This document shows positions 51,345 through 60,816 of a stretch of 64,000 nucleotides of DNA, piece after piece (the stretch's first letter is position 1; the number at the start of each line of letters is the position of its first letter). This DNA comes from Candidatus Poseidoniaceae archaeon (GTDB lineage Archaea; Thermoplasmatota; Poseidoniia; Poseidoniales; Poseidoniaceae). The DNA is taken from assembly GCA_943789275.1 (NCBI GenBank), contig CALSTM010000001.1:396902-460901 (forward strand), read 5' to 3'. A program made the translations under genes and the position numbers. The notes below the pieces were generated by a model. The model was not told where the DNA came from. It did not search any database and saw only the letters and a program-made list of their open reading frames with translations.

Positions 51345-52325
51345 TCACACGAGGTCTTTGGACTGTGCCGGAGCGCGTGCTTGAACAATGGTTCTGTACA
51401 CGCCAAAAAATGCCCATAGTGTGAGCATAGCCATACTGAGCAGTACTTCCCAAGATTGGTCGTTGTCAACCGTCCATGCGAACCCGATGAGCAGCACTGC
51501 GAAAACAGCACTGCGACGAACGCCTTGAGGTATAGCAAGACTCTTATCGAGGTGTTCAGGTCCTCCTCCAAACTTGCGTTCGTAGAATTCACCTTGTATA
51601 ACAGCTGCAACAATAATAATTGAAAGAGAGAAAAAGTAGTAGATGTTTCCTTCGTCAAAGAACAGGGTTGCGAGTTCTTCTTGTCGTTCTGCTTCCACCG
51701 CTTCAGGGTCTTCTACAGCAACAAACAGAGATTCGTAATCACCGACGCTAATGGTGCGGAGTGCGAGGTTTTCGTCGTTGTCATTGGTTGCTGTATCTGG
51801 AGGGCTGATGGAAAAGGATACAATATTCCACGTATCTCCTGCATCGAAGTTTCCATTTCCATTGACCGCATTACCTACGAGTTGGAATGGAATGATTCCT
51901 ACATCTGAACTCGGTGCAGTCCACGTGACTACCCAATCGTTTCCAACAGCGGATTGTGAGAGTGCGCCTGGTTCTTCAGCAACCGATTGTGAACCTTCAC
52001 CGGGCGTAAGTGCACCGTTGTTGTAATCCCAAAGCATGAATCCTCCCAGTTCGTTGGATGCATGTTGAAGTGAAATTGTAAATTCATACGATTGGTCAAG
52101 AGTGTATGCTCGTGGGACGCCAGAAATTGAAACGACCACTTCGCTGGAAGCAGCACCATCGCCGTGACACGTACATCCCACTTCGACGGTGAGGTTATCT
52201 CCACTCTTCCAAGGAGGCCCTCCTGGCATGGCGAGAGCGGGTGCAATCAAGAGCAGTCCAATCAATCCAAGTATCAAGAATCGAGAGTTGCGTGATAGCA
52301 TGGTCCCACCTGTTGCTTTCGACAC
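51345..52325 (-). CDS. secreted/membrane-anchored hypothetical protein with GCTCHG motif
   Basis: Signal peptide MLSRNSRFLILGLIGLLLIAPALAMPG. Soluble beta-rich region. Two to three C-terminal TM helices. Function unknown. Confidence 0.45.
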   Translation of the reverse strand: MSKATGGTMLSRNSRFLILGLIGLLLIAPALAMPGGPPWKSGDNLTVEVGCTCHGDGAASSEVVVSISGVPRAYTLDQSYEFTISLQHASNELGGFMLWDYNNGALTPGEGSQSVAEEPGALSQSAVGNDWVVTWTAPSSDVGIIPFQLVGNAVNGNGNFDAGDTWNIVSFSISPPDTATNDNDENLALRTISVGDYESLFVAVEDPEAVEAERQEELATLFFDEGNIYYFFSLSIIIVAAVIQGEFYERKFGGGPEHLDKSLAIPQGVRRSAVFAVLLIGFAWTVDNDQSWEVLLSMAMLTLWAFFGVYRTIVQARAPAQSKDLV

Positions 52326-52355
52326 ACCGCCGCCCTTTGAACGTTCCTTTTCACC

Positions 52356-52372
52356 ATGCCCCTAAGGGGCAT
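52356..52372. terminator. GC-rich perfect hairpin (ATGCCCC-TAA-GGGGCAT) between pntB and the next minus-strand gene
   Basis: Read directly. Lies 24 nt downstream of the pntB stop on the minus strand. No clear oligo-T tract follows. Confidence 0.25.
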
Positions 52373-52395
52373 GAATTGAACCGATATCAATCACT

Positions 52396-53820
52396 TCAAA
52401 TTTCTTTTACTGCAGTGTTCAAATCGCCCATCATAGCCTTACCGTCGCCGAAGAGCATCATGGTCTTGTCCATGTAAAACAGGTCGTTATCGACTCCTGC
52501 GTAACCAACGGAGAGTGAACGCTTGATGATCACTACAGTACGTGCCTTGTCTGCATCGATGATTGGCATTCCTGCCAAAGGTCCTTCTCCACTTCGGGCG
52601 GCAGGATTGGTAGTGTCGTTCGCACCAATCACGAGGGCGACATCACATTCTGGGAATTCACTGTTGATTTCATCCATTTCAATGAGTTGCTCGTACGGTA
52701 CATTCGCTTCAGCCAGTAGGACGTTCATGTGCCCCGGCATTCGCCCTGCTACGGGGTGAATGGCGTATTTGATTTCCGTGTCGAATTTCTCTTCCATGAG
52801 GTTTGCAAACTCTTTGACAGCGTGCTGGCATTGGGATACGGCCATTCCGTAACCCGGGACGATGATGACTTTCTGAGCACCATCGAGCATCATGGCAACT
52901 TCATCTGCATCGGAGCCAATCTTGGTGCGTGTGAGTGACTGCTTCTCACCATCACCGCCAAATGACTTGAACAATACATCGATGAGTTTTCGATTCATTG
53001 CCTTGCACATGATGAAGGTCAGGATGAGCCCGGAAGCCCCGACCAATGAACCAGCGATAATGAGCACCGAATTGCCGATGATAAATCCAGTGAAAGCAGC
53101 TGCAATTCCTGAAAGAGAATTGAGCAACGAAACGACCACCGGCATATCTGCTCCTCCAATCGGGAGAACAAGTATGATGCCGAGGATACATGAAATACCA
53201 ATGATTCCCCAAAGGTATTGCTCGTTGGTTGGGTCATCGATGCTTGCAACGATGAGTGCGATGACTGCAAGGAACAAGAGTACCTTGACTGGATTGAGCC
53301 ATGTTGGACCCCACGTAGGCGTGCGAATCCATTTTCCAAAGACTTCGATTCCACCTTTGAGTTTGTACATTGCGAGTAAAGAACCCGTTAAGGTCATCCA
53401 TCCAACGAGTGCAGACAAGCCAGCAGCGATCATAGTGACGGTAATTTCAAGTCCAGTTGGAACGATATTAGGCTCGGCAATGTACTTTTGAATTTCTGAG
53501 AGAGCAACAAGGGCAGATGCTGCACCGCCAAAACCGTTGAACAATGCAACCAGTTCCGGCATCCCGGTCATCTCGACCTTGACAGCCATCCAATAACCAA
53601 TCAGTGACCCAAGTACAAGTCCACCAGCGATGAGTGTCCAGTCAACAACCCCATCACCCGTGAGTTGCATTTGCGCAACGGTCGTGATGACAGCAACGAG
53701 CATACCCATGGCGCCGAGTTGATTACCAAACGGTGCAGTCTTGGGGTGTCCGAGCTTTTTCAGTCCAAAAATGAACAGTGCTGCGGAAATCAAATATCCA
53801 ACAGAGACCCAATCTTCCAT
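52396..53820 (-). CDS. pntB: NAD(P) transhydrogenase subunit beta
   Basis: Multi-TM N-terminal half and C-terminal NADP(H)-binding domain (GYGMAVSQCQHAV, GRMPGHMNVLLAEA, VIGANDTTNP). Start at MEDW (53820) abuts the pntAB stop. Confidence 0.85.
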   Translation of the reverse strand: MEDWVSVGYLISAALFIFGLKKLGHPKTAPFGNQLGAMGMLVAVITTVAQMQLTGDGVVDWTLIAGGLVLGSLIGYWMAVKVEMTGMPELVALFNGFGGAASALVALSEIQKYIAEPNIVPTGLEITVTMIAAGLSALVGWMTLTGSLLAMYKLKGGIEVFGKWIRTPTWGPTWLNPVKVLLFLAVIALIVASIDDPTNEQYLWGIIGISCILGIILVLPIGGADMPVVVSLLNSLSGIAAAFTGFIIGNSVLIIAGSLVGASGLILTFIMCKAMNRKLIDVLFKSFGGDGEKQSLTRTKIGSDADEVAMMLDGAQKVIIVPGYGMAVSQCQHAVKEFANLMEEKFDTEIKYAIHPVAGRMPGHMNVLLAEANVPYEQLIEMDEINSEFPECDVALVIGANDTTNPAARSGEGPLAGMPIIDADKARTVVIIKRSLSVGYAGVDNDLFYMDKTMMLFGDGKAMMGDLNTAVKEI

Positions 53821-53821
53821 T

Positions 53822-54133
53822 TCAAGCACCTCCGCGCTTCTTTCCAGCAATCATGTTGAGCATCCTGTTGGTGACGGCAAATCCACCGACAACATTGATC
53901 ATCGCAAGGACGATTGCGACAAACGCAAGTAGTCCCGAAAGAGCAGTTGCTCCGCCATCGAACGCAACATTTGAACCAAACAATGCGCCAATAATACTGA
54001 TACCAGAAATAGCATTTGCACCGCTCATTAGAGGCGTGTGCAATGTTGCTGGAACCTTTGTAATCAATTCGAATCCGAGGAAAATAGCGAGTATAAACAG
54101 TGTAACGTTTCCAATTAAGAATGCGGGCTCCAT
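53822..54133 (-). CDS. pntAB: NAD(P) transhydrogenase subunit alpha part 2 (membrane)
   Basis: 103 aa, three TM helices. PATLHTPLMSGANAISGISIIGA is typical of PntA2. Confidence 0.75.
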   Translation of the reverse strand: MEPAFLIGNVTLFILAIFLGFELITKVPATLHTPLMSGANAISGISIIGALFGSNVAFDGGATALSGLLAFVAIVLAMINVVGGFAVTNRMLNMIAGKKRGGA

Positions 54134-55293
54134 CAGAGAACACCTCCAAGGCGTGTTTGTTTTGGATGCAAGGCACCCTCATGGCAGAGAAGAACTCCTC
54201 CCATGCCGTTGACATAGAAATCAGATCCTTCAGGTGCACCGACTAAAATGTCGTCTTCATCGTTAATCGTGAGTTCGCCGTCTTTGACCAACGAAGTGAT
54301 GAATGTTGTCAAGTTGTTTGAATACAACATGCTCGCAGTTGTTGCTAAAGTGCCGGGAAGATTCGATGTCCCCACAACGATAACGCCGTTTTTGGTCGTG
54401 ATGATTTTGCCTGTTTCAGTGTCTTCACAATTCCCGCCCACGTCGGCATTCATGTCGACAACCACTGCACCAGATTTGAACGTCTTGATGGCGCTTGATG
54501 GGACGGTAATTGGTGCTGGACGACCGAAAATACGAGCCGTCGTTACGATGATGTCAGCATCTGCAGCCACACCGCAGACCGTATCGTTGACCTTTTGAAT
54601 AAACTCTGGAGTGAGTGGCTTTGCATAGCCTGATTCATCTTCAAAGTCATCCATGCCGTCGACTTCGATGAATCGTCCACCGACCGATTCAATTTGCTCA
54701 GCGGCCGACTTTCGAACATCTGATGCGTAAACGACTGCTCCCAATCGCTTAGCAGTAGCAATCGCTTGTAATCCTGCGACACCACTGCCCATAATGACCA
54801 CTTTCGCTGGCCGTACGGTTCCTGCTGATGTGGTCATCATTGGAATGCCCTTTGGAACATGAGCAGCTCCGAGTAGAACAGCCTTGTAGCCAGCCAGATT
54901 GTCTTGACTCGAATTGACGTCCATCGACTGAGCACGAGAAAGTCTCCGAGGAATCATGTCCATTGAAAGCAGCGTCACACCTGCCGCTATGCATTCATTG
55001 ACATGCTCAGGGTGTCGAAAGGGGTCTGCAACACAAGCAATACGTGTGCCTTTGGAAATACCGTCCAGTCCAGGATAACGAATCGAAATAATAGTGTCGC
55101 ATGCAAGCGCATCACTGCGTGATACAACCTTTGCGCCTGCTTCTTCGTATGCAGAATCTGCATAGTTTGACGAAGCGCCTGCACCCTTTTCAATGTGTAC
55201 TTCAAAGCCAGCCTTGAGCAATTTTTTCATGCTCATAGGAGTTATCGCAACTCTCGTTTCGCCTTCTGGTTCCATTGGTACTCCAAGTTTCAT
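54133..55293 (-). CDS. pntAA: NAD(P) transhydrogenase subunit alpha part 1 (AlaDH/PNT domain)
   Basis: AlaDH/PNT N- and C-domains. VVIMGSGVAGLQAIATAKRLGAVV Rossmann motif. VGTSNLPGTLATTASMLYSNNL. Confidence 0.85.
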   Translation of the reverse strand: MKLGVPMEPEGETRVAITPMSMKKLLKAGFEVHIEKGAGASSNYADSAYEEAGAKVVSRSDALACDTIISIRYPGLDGISKGTRIACVADPFRHPEHVNECIAAGVTLLSMDMIPRRLSRAQSMDVNSSQDNLAGYKAVLLGAAHVPKGIPMMTTSAGTVRPAKVVIMGSGVAGLQAIATAKRLGAVVYASDVRKSAAEQIESVGGRFIEVDGMDDFEDESGYAKPLTPEFIQKVNDTVCGVAADADIIVTTARIFGRPAPITVPSSAIKTFKSGAVVVDMNADVGGNCEDTETGKIITTKNGVIVVGTSNLPGTLATTASMLYSNNLTTFITSLVKDGELTINDEDDILVGAPEGSDFYVNGMGGVLLCHEGALHPKQTRLGGVL

Positions 55294-55501
55294 ACAACTT
55301 CCTCGAGCCCCGATTGTCGCATCGATACGACGGGGGGTGTTCTTGCCACAAAGAGGGGGTTCTTAGAGAACACGCTCTAGAAGGGTGATATAATTCTGTC
55401 AAAAACATGAATATTCTCGTGTTCTGTTGTCTGTCTCCAAGGCGTTGGACCATGTTGCTTATTGATGGTCGAGTGTTGGAAAGTTTATCGAGGGATATAT
55501 T

Positions 55502-56440
55502 ATGACCAGTCATCGAAGAAAAATTGCAGTAATTGGAGCCGGAAACGTTGGAGCAACATGCGCATTTGTACTTGCACAGATGAAAATTGCCGATATTGTC
55601 TTGCTTGATATTTACGAAGGTTTTGCCAAAGGAAAAGCGCTGGATATGTCTCAAAACGGTCAGGTCTTGAATTACGATGGTTCAATCACCGGTACCTCCG
55701 ATTACAACGATATTGCAGGTGCCAGTGTCGTTGTTGTCACCTCGGGTTTCCCTCGCCAACCGGGTATGACCCGTGAAGATTTGATTGCCAAGAATGCAGG
55801 TATTGTTCAGCAAGTTGGCGAAGGTATTCGAGATCATGCCCCGGACTCTACAATTGTCATGGTCACGAACCCACTTGACTTGATGACGTACCATATGCAA
55901 AAGGTGACAGGATTTCCTGCAAACCGTGTTTGTGGTCAAGCAGGAGTTCTCGACAGTGCGCGCATGACTCACTTTGTGGCACAGGCAGTTGGATGTTCCG
56001 AAGAGGATGTTCAGGCAATGGTCCTTGGCGGTCACGGTGATACCATGGTTCCACTCCCACGTTTCACTACCGTTGGTGGCATCGCAATTACTCACTTACT
56101 CGATGAAGAAACAATTGATGCCATTTGTAAGAGAACCGCATCGGGCGGTGGTGAAATCGTCAAACTACTCGAACGTGGTTCTGCATTTTATGCCCCAGGC
56201 TCTGCAGCTGCAGTCATGGCTGAAGCCGTGCTTAACGACCGGAAGCGACTCATTCCTGCTTCGGCCCATCTTACCGGTCAGTACGGGCTTGATGATGTTT
56301 ACATTGGTGTGCCAGTTATTCTTGGTGCAGGCGGTATTGAACGGATTCTGGAACTTGAACTGTCTGAAGGCGAACTTGAATCACTGCAAGGCTCTGGTAA
56401 CTTCTACAAGTCACAACTGAAGGAACTTCTCGGTTACTGA
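55502..56440 (+). CDS. mdh: malate dehydrogenase (LDH-like family)
   Basis: KIAVIGAGNVGATCAF Rossmann. ITSGFPRQPGMTRED (substrate Arg loop). Catalytic H in GGHGDTMVP. Confidence 0.85.
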   Translation: MTSHRRKIAVIGAGNVGATCAFVLAQMKIADIVLLDIYEGFAKGKALDMSQNGQVLNYDGSITGTSDYNDIAGASVVVVTSGFPRQPGMTREDLIAKNAGIVQQVGEGIRDHAPDSTIVMVTNPLDLMTYHMQKVTGFPANRVCGQAGVLDSARMTHFVAQAVGCSEEDVQAMVLGGHGDTMVPLPRFTTVGGIAITHLLDEETIDAICKRTASGGGEIVKLLERGSAFYAPGSAAAVMAEAVLNDRKRLIPASAHLTGQYGLDDVYIGVPVILGAGGIERILELELSEGELESLQGSGNFYKSQLKELLGY

Positions 56441-57141
56441 ATGGCACGAACAATACCCAGCGAGTATATTTCTCCCCGGGTAGTAATCAGTTTATCATCC
56501 ACTTCCGAATTTTTGCAACGTACAAGGTTTTTGCCTTGACGGCCTCTTGAAACCATCCGAGCTAGAATTTCTTGACCAATGTAGCACCCTTTCGCTGGGT
56601 GAACAAATTTACTCAGACCTGCTGCAAGTGGATGGTTTTTAATGGTAATTTCGTGGTTATTCCACGGCACGAGGTTTTCTATTCTCCACGCATCAAATTC
56701 AGCGATTGTACCGCTGTGCTGTAATGTATTTTCCTTCGATGCTATCACGATGTTCAAGTTTGATTCTGTACGTCCATACGTCACATTGTTGACTGAGATA
56801 AATGTCCCGACATGTTCATTTTTGACTTCGTATTCAACAGCAAACTGATTTCGTTCTGTAACGTCGGTAATCGTTACATCCTGTCCGAGTATCCGTGGCA
56901 AGACGTGATTCAACAGGTTCTGTAGTTTTGATTGATGGCATTGTACTGCCAACACTTCACCCATGTGGAAGACGGTGACAAAATCAATGATCTTGGCTTG
57001 AGATGAGGTGAACACGGTTTGCACGAGTTGTCCTTTCATCATGTCGACCATTTTGTTTGTTGACAAACCATCTATAAATTGGAGGGCATCCTTACCTTGC
57101 CAAATTGTAAGCGCAGCGTCGGGATAAGCCACGAGCGGCAT
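56434..57141 (-). CDS. ygfZ: YgfZ/GcvT-like folate-binding Fe-S cluster maturation factor
   Basis: C-terminal KGCYIGQE signature (HPAKGCYIGQEILARMVSRG) of the YgfZ/CAF17 family. Adjacent to iscA. Confidence 0.55.
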   Translation of the reverse strand: MPLVAYPDAALTIWQGKDALQFIDGLSTNKMVDMMKGQLVQTVFTSSQAKIIDFVTVFHMGEVLAVQCHQSKLQNLLNHVLPRILGQDVTITDVTERNQFAVEYEVKNEHVGTFISVNNVTYGRTESNLNIVIASKENTLQHSGTIAEFDAWRIENLVPWNNHEITIKNHPLAAGLSKFVHPAKGCYIGQEILARMVSRGRQGKNLVRCKNSEVDDKLITTRGEIYSLGIVRAIQ

Positions 57142-57150
57142 GAACTCACC

Positions 57151-57489
57151 TCAAGAGAATGATTCGCCACAACCGCAAGATGATTCCGCATTTGGGTTGT
57201 TGATTTTGAATCCGCCGCCCATAAGACGGTCAACGTAATCAATTTCGATTCCGTCAAGGAGGTGACTCGACGCGTTTGGCACGAGAACCTTGAAACCATC
57301 GACAGTGATTTCTTGACAACTTTGGTCTGTTTCTTCGACAATCTGTAAATCGTACATATAGCCAGAGCATCCTCCGGATAGAACGCCGACTAAGAGCGCC
57401 ATAGAACGGTCGTCTCCAAAGGCATCGGAGAGCATTTCTTGAGCCTTATTGGAGATACTCAAATTGACGTTGACAACTTCCGGAGTCAT
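57151..57489 (-). CDS. iscA: A-type Fe-S cluster carrier (IscA/ErpA/HesB family)
   Basis: LVPNASSHLLDGIEIDYVD...GGGFKINNPNAESSCGCGESFS, the canonical C-terminal CGCGESF. Start placed at MTPEVV (57489). The ORF extends 20 codons further upstream (MVSGRNMDCGTCETSSPVQL). Confidence 0.7.
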   Translation of the reverse strand: MTPEVVNVNLSISNKAQEMLSDAFGDDRSMALLVGVLSGGCSGYMYDLQIVEETDQSCQEITVDGFKVLVPNASSHLLDGIEIDYVDRLMGGGFKINNPNAESSCGCGESFS

Positions 57490-57590
57490 CAACTGCACAG
57501 GGCTCGATGTTTCGCAGGTTCCGCAGTCCATGTTTCGTCCACTCACCACTTCTCTATGAACCTGTTTCTAAAATAGAGCGTAAAACCCGG

Positions 57591-60245
57591 TTATCGGCGT
57601 TTATTTTTTCGTTCGACTTCCTTGTGCAATATACCGCACCGGCGTATTTGTTCTTTTGCCCGCTTAATTTCTTCTGGGCTAAGTCCGCGTGGAACCGACT
57701 GTTCAAAGCATTTAATGGCATCAGGATAACGCTCCATCTCGGCATATGCGCTGCCCATGTTGTAGAGCGTTTTACCTTGAACCTCTGATGGCCGTATGAG
57801 CATTGCTTGGTGGTATGATTCAACACACTTTGGGTATTCTTCAAGATAGTAGAACGCATTACCCTTGCCGTTAAGTATTCGCATGAGCATTTCTTCATTT
57901 CCAGTAAAGGATGGTAGGGCGCGGTCAAAACATGAGAGTGCTTCCTTATACTTGCCATCAGAGATGAGACCAACGCCTTGGTTGTACCAAGCAATATCTT
58001 GGTTTGCAACTGAACTTGAATCCACCTCAGCATTTGCCGATACCGACACCAAGCGTTGTGCATCCGCTGCAGCCTGGGTAAGGTCGAATGAAGATTGAGG
58101 TTCTGGCTCGTTGATTTCCATTAGCGGCTCACGTTGCGATAGTAAATTCGCTGACTCAGTCAAAAGAGATGTCGAGTCAGCAATCGTTTCTTGAACCACC
58201 TCGGGTGAAGATTGTTTAACTGGAGTTTGCAGTCCAAGTGCATTCATGTAATAATCCGCTTGATCTTCTTGTGAATCTTGCATGACAGGGGCAGGAGCCG
58301 GTGCTGGGACGGGTACTGGAGCAGGAGCCGCAACGATGCTTGGCACCGGTACTGGAACTGGTTCTGCCTCAACGGGTTGGTGAATCGGTGTTGGAGTAAC
58401 ATCCTCATGTACGATCGATTGGACAGCAACTCCTCCGAGTGCATCGGCTTTCCTGTGACATTTTTCTGCGGTTGCCAAGTCACCTGCAGATTCAAGTGAG
58501 CGGGCTAATCCGCGCCAAATATCAGGGTTTTCACCGTCCTGTTTAATCATGGATTTCCAGATGGTGACCGCTTGAACATTGTTCTTTGCAGCCGTATAGG
58601 CTCGGGCGTGCATTGCAGTGTGACCAGGGCCCAAATATTCAATGGCTTCAGTAGCAAGATGTGGGCCTTCAGGCAGTGTTGGAGGTATTCCTTGCACGCT
58701 CTCCAATACATTTGCTTCTCCTTCGGCTAATTCGACCAGAACGCGAATAAATTCTTCACGAACAGGATTCTTTGTGTCGAGACGAAGGACTGTTCGACTC
58801 GAGTTGAGGAAGTTTTCGATATCACCGGTAGCATGGCACAGTTGGCTGCATTTAACCGCTGCCTTGAGATAATCCGCTTGCACATCCATTGCCCTTAGGT
58901 AACACTGTATCGCTTCATCGTTACTGCCTCTTCGTTGGTGAATTGAACCAAGATTAAACCAGCCTGAGCCTTGGTTTGGGTCAAGCGACTGCGCATGCTC
59001 GAGTGCTGAAATAGCATGGTCATCGAGTTCCATTCGAGCCATGGCCCCGCCTGCAATTCTCCATGCACCTGCATGCTGTGCCCCTATTGTTTTGAGGTGG
59101 GGGCTCAATATCTCAAGTGCTCCCTTGGCGTCTCCTGCACGAATCATTCCGGTTGCTTCTTCAACAAGTTCGTCAAGGTTCAACGGTTGTTCTTCGACTG
59201 CTTCGGTCACTGGCTCAGGAGCAACCGGTTCAGGCACCTCGGTCTTTTCGATGACCTGCTGGATTTCTTGTGTTGCTGCGACGACTGAAGCAGCTGATTT
59301 GAGTTCTTGATATTCGAGGTGTTGATTTGAATCGGAATCATGGTGAAGAGCTTCAGCCAAGACTGCTTCTTTATCGGTAACACCTGCTTCCTTCATGACT
59401 TTCTCAACTTCGACCTCATCAAAGGTCTGCGTTGGTTCTTGAATCGGCATATTTTCAATTGGCATTTTGATTGCGCTTTCAGCACAACGTGTTTTGACGT
59501 CGAGAAGCATAGGGTGTCCGGGGAAAAAAGCGAGTGCTTTGACCGCCATTTCGTATGCAGCGGCATCATCACCAATTCGTTCCAAGAGTGTGGCGATGTT
59601 CGCCGTTGCTGGAGCATTGTTCGGATTGATATCAAGGCATATTTGGAATGCTTGACGGGCACCACGGGCATCTTGTTCTGCTTCAAGAAGCACACCTCGG
59701 TTAAACCAGGCCATGTCGCAGGATGGATCTAAGGCAATCGCCTTGTTAAACGCTGACAATGCCCCTTTTGAGTCGTTTTTACGAGAACATTCCTCTCCGA
59801 GTTGAAGGAGGTATTCGATGGTATTCTCTTCATCCACTTGAGGCTCAGATGGTTCTTGAGATTTCATACCATGCCATTTTTTGGCAGCATTTTGAAGTTC
59901 ATCTTCGCTGAGATAATTGTTGTCGTTTTCGTCCATGGTGTGGGCGAATGTGAGGAATCCTTCACGGTCTTTTATGTCGTGTTGCTTGATAACGCGTTCA
60001 AGAACATTTTCAGAATACCCCATTTGTTTAACCTCGACATGCTCAATCATATCGCCGAGACCTGCTGAACGCAATGCTGCGGCCATTGATTCTGCTACAG
60101 CTTCAGAAACTGCATTTGAATCGCCGGGAGGATTACCTGTCTCTTCCATGGTGTCACCATACCAAAGCGGATAACCGACCGGCATAAGCATTGCTTCTTG
60201 TTGTCCTACCATTATGGACACTATATTCAAAAACCTCCGGCCCAA
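57591..60245 (-). CDS. large TPR-repeat protein with Ala/Pro/Val-rich linker
   Basis: 884 aa. Many 34-aa TPR-like units (W/A/Y/F-spaced helices, for example AWFNRGVLLEAEQDARGARQAFQICLDINP). Low-complexity PAPVPVPAPAPAPV segment. Confidence 0.55.
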   Translation of the reverse strand: MGRRFLNIVSIMVGQQEAMLMPVGYPLWYGDTMEETGNPPGDSNAVSEAVAESMAAALRSAGLGDMIEHVEVKQMGYSENVLERVIKQHDIKDREGFLTFAHTMDENDNNYLSEDELQNAAKKWHGMKSQEPSEPQVDEENTIEYLLQLGEECSRKNDSKGALSAFNKAIALDPSCDMAWFNRGVLLEAEQDARGARQAFQICLDINPNNAPATANIATLLERIGDDAAAYEMAVKALAFFPGHPMLLDVKTRCAESAIKMPIENMPIQEPTQTFDEVEVEKVMKEAGVTDKEAVLAEALHHDSDSNQHLEYQELKSAASVVAATQEIQQVIEKTEVPEPVAPEPVTEAVEEQPLNLDELVEEATGMIRAGDAKGALEILSPHLKTIGAQHAGAWRIAGGAMARMELDDHAISALEHAQSLDPNQGSGWFNLGSIHQRRGSNDEAIQCYLRAMDVQADYLKAAVKCSQLCHATGDIENFLNSSRTVLRLDTKNPVREEFIRVLVELAEGEANVLESVQGIPPTLPEGPHLATEAIEYLGPGHTAMHARAYTAAKNNVQAVTIWKSMIKQDGENPDIWRGLARSLESAGDLATAEKCHRKADALGGVAVQSIVHEDVTPTPIHQPVEAEPVPVPVPSIVAAPAPVPVPAPAPAPVMQDSQEDQADYYMNALGLQTPVKQSSPEVVQETIADSTSLLTESANLLSQREPLMEINEPEPQSSFDLTQAAADAQRLVSVSANAEVDSSSVANQDIAWYNQGVGLISDGKYKEALSCFDRALPSFTGNEEMLMRILNGKGNAFYYLEEYPKCVESYHQAMLIRPSEVQGKTLYNMGSAYAEMERYPDAIKCFEQSVPRGLSPEEIKRAKEQIRRCGILHKEVERKNKRR

Positions 60246-60254
60246 GTCAAGGGT

Positions 60255-60812
60255 ATGAGTACATCGAATATGCGAATTCTTGGCCTATCAGGAGAGTACA
60301 GACCTACATCAAAAAGCGGCATGATGGTGAATCTTGCTCTCGATTACGCACGTTCGAAGGGTGCCGAAGTCATTTTTTGGGATTGCAATGAAAAACCGTT
60401 GCCGTTCGTGGGTGAGGACGGATGTTGGGAAAACGCAAATGTCAAAGAATTTCAATCATTAGCAGCGGAATGCGATGCATTCTTAGTGTGCTCCCCTGAA
60501 TATCACGGCACCATGTCCGGGGTCATGAAGAATACATTCGATTGGTTGTATGACAAGCATGTCGGAGGCAAAGCATTCGGGCTCATGAGCACCCTAGGGG
60601 GGATTCAAAATGCCAACACCCTCAATCACATGCGCATCATGCTACGCTGGCTTCATGCATGGCCTGTTCCTGAGCAACTTTCCGTGGGTCATGTCAAAGA
60701 GGCATTTGACGAGAATGGCCAACTTAGCGACCCAAAAACGGTTGAACGTATGCATTCACTTGTCGACGCTGTCCTCAATACCGCAGTGATGATGAACTCT
60801 CAAGACGAGTGA
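60255..60812 (+). CDS. NADPH-dependent FMN reductase (flavodoxin-like; SsuE/ArsH/ChrR family)
   Basis: MRILGLSGEYRPTSKS (FMN phosphate loop). CSPEYHGTMSGVMKNTFDWL signature. Confidence 0.65.
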   Translation: MSTSNMRILGLSGEYRPTSKSGMMVNLALDYARSKGAEVIFWDCNEKPLPFVGEDGCWENANVKEFQSLAAECDAFLVCSPEYHGTMSGVMKNTFDWLYDKHVGGKAFGLMSTLGGIQNANTLNHMRIMLRWLHAWPVPEQLSVGHVKEAFDENGQLSDPKTVERMHSLVDAVLNTAVMMNSQDE

Positions 60813-60816
60813 TTCC

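Noticed and set aside
51345-52325. GCTCHG as a c-type cytochrome heme-binding site
   Set aside because: The spacing is CXCH, not CXXCH/CXXXCH, so it is not a canonical heme c attachment motif. It is retained only as part of the CTC-motif observation.
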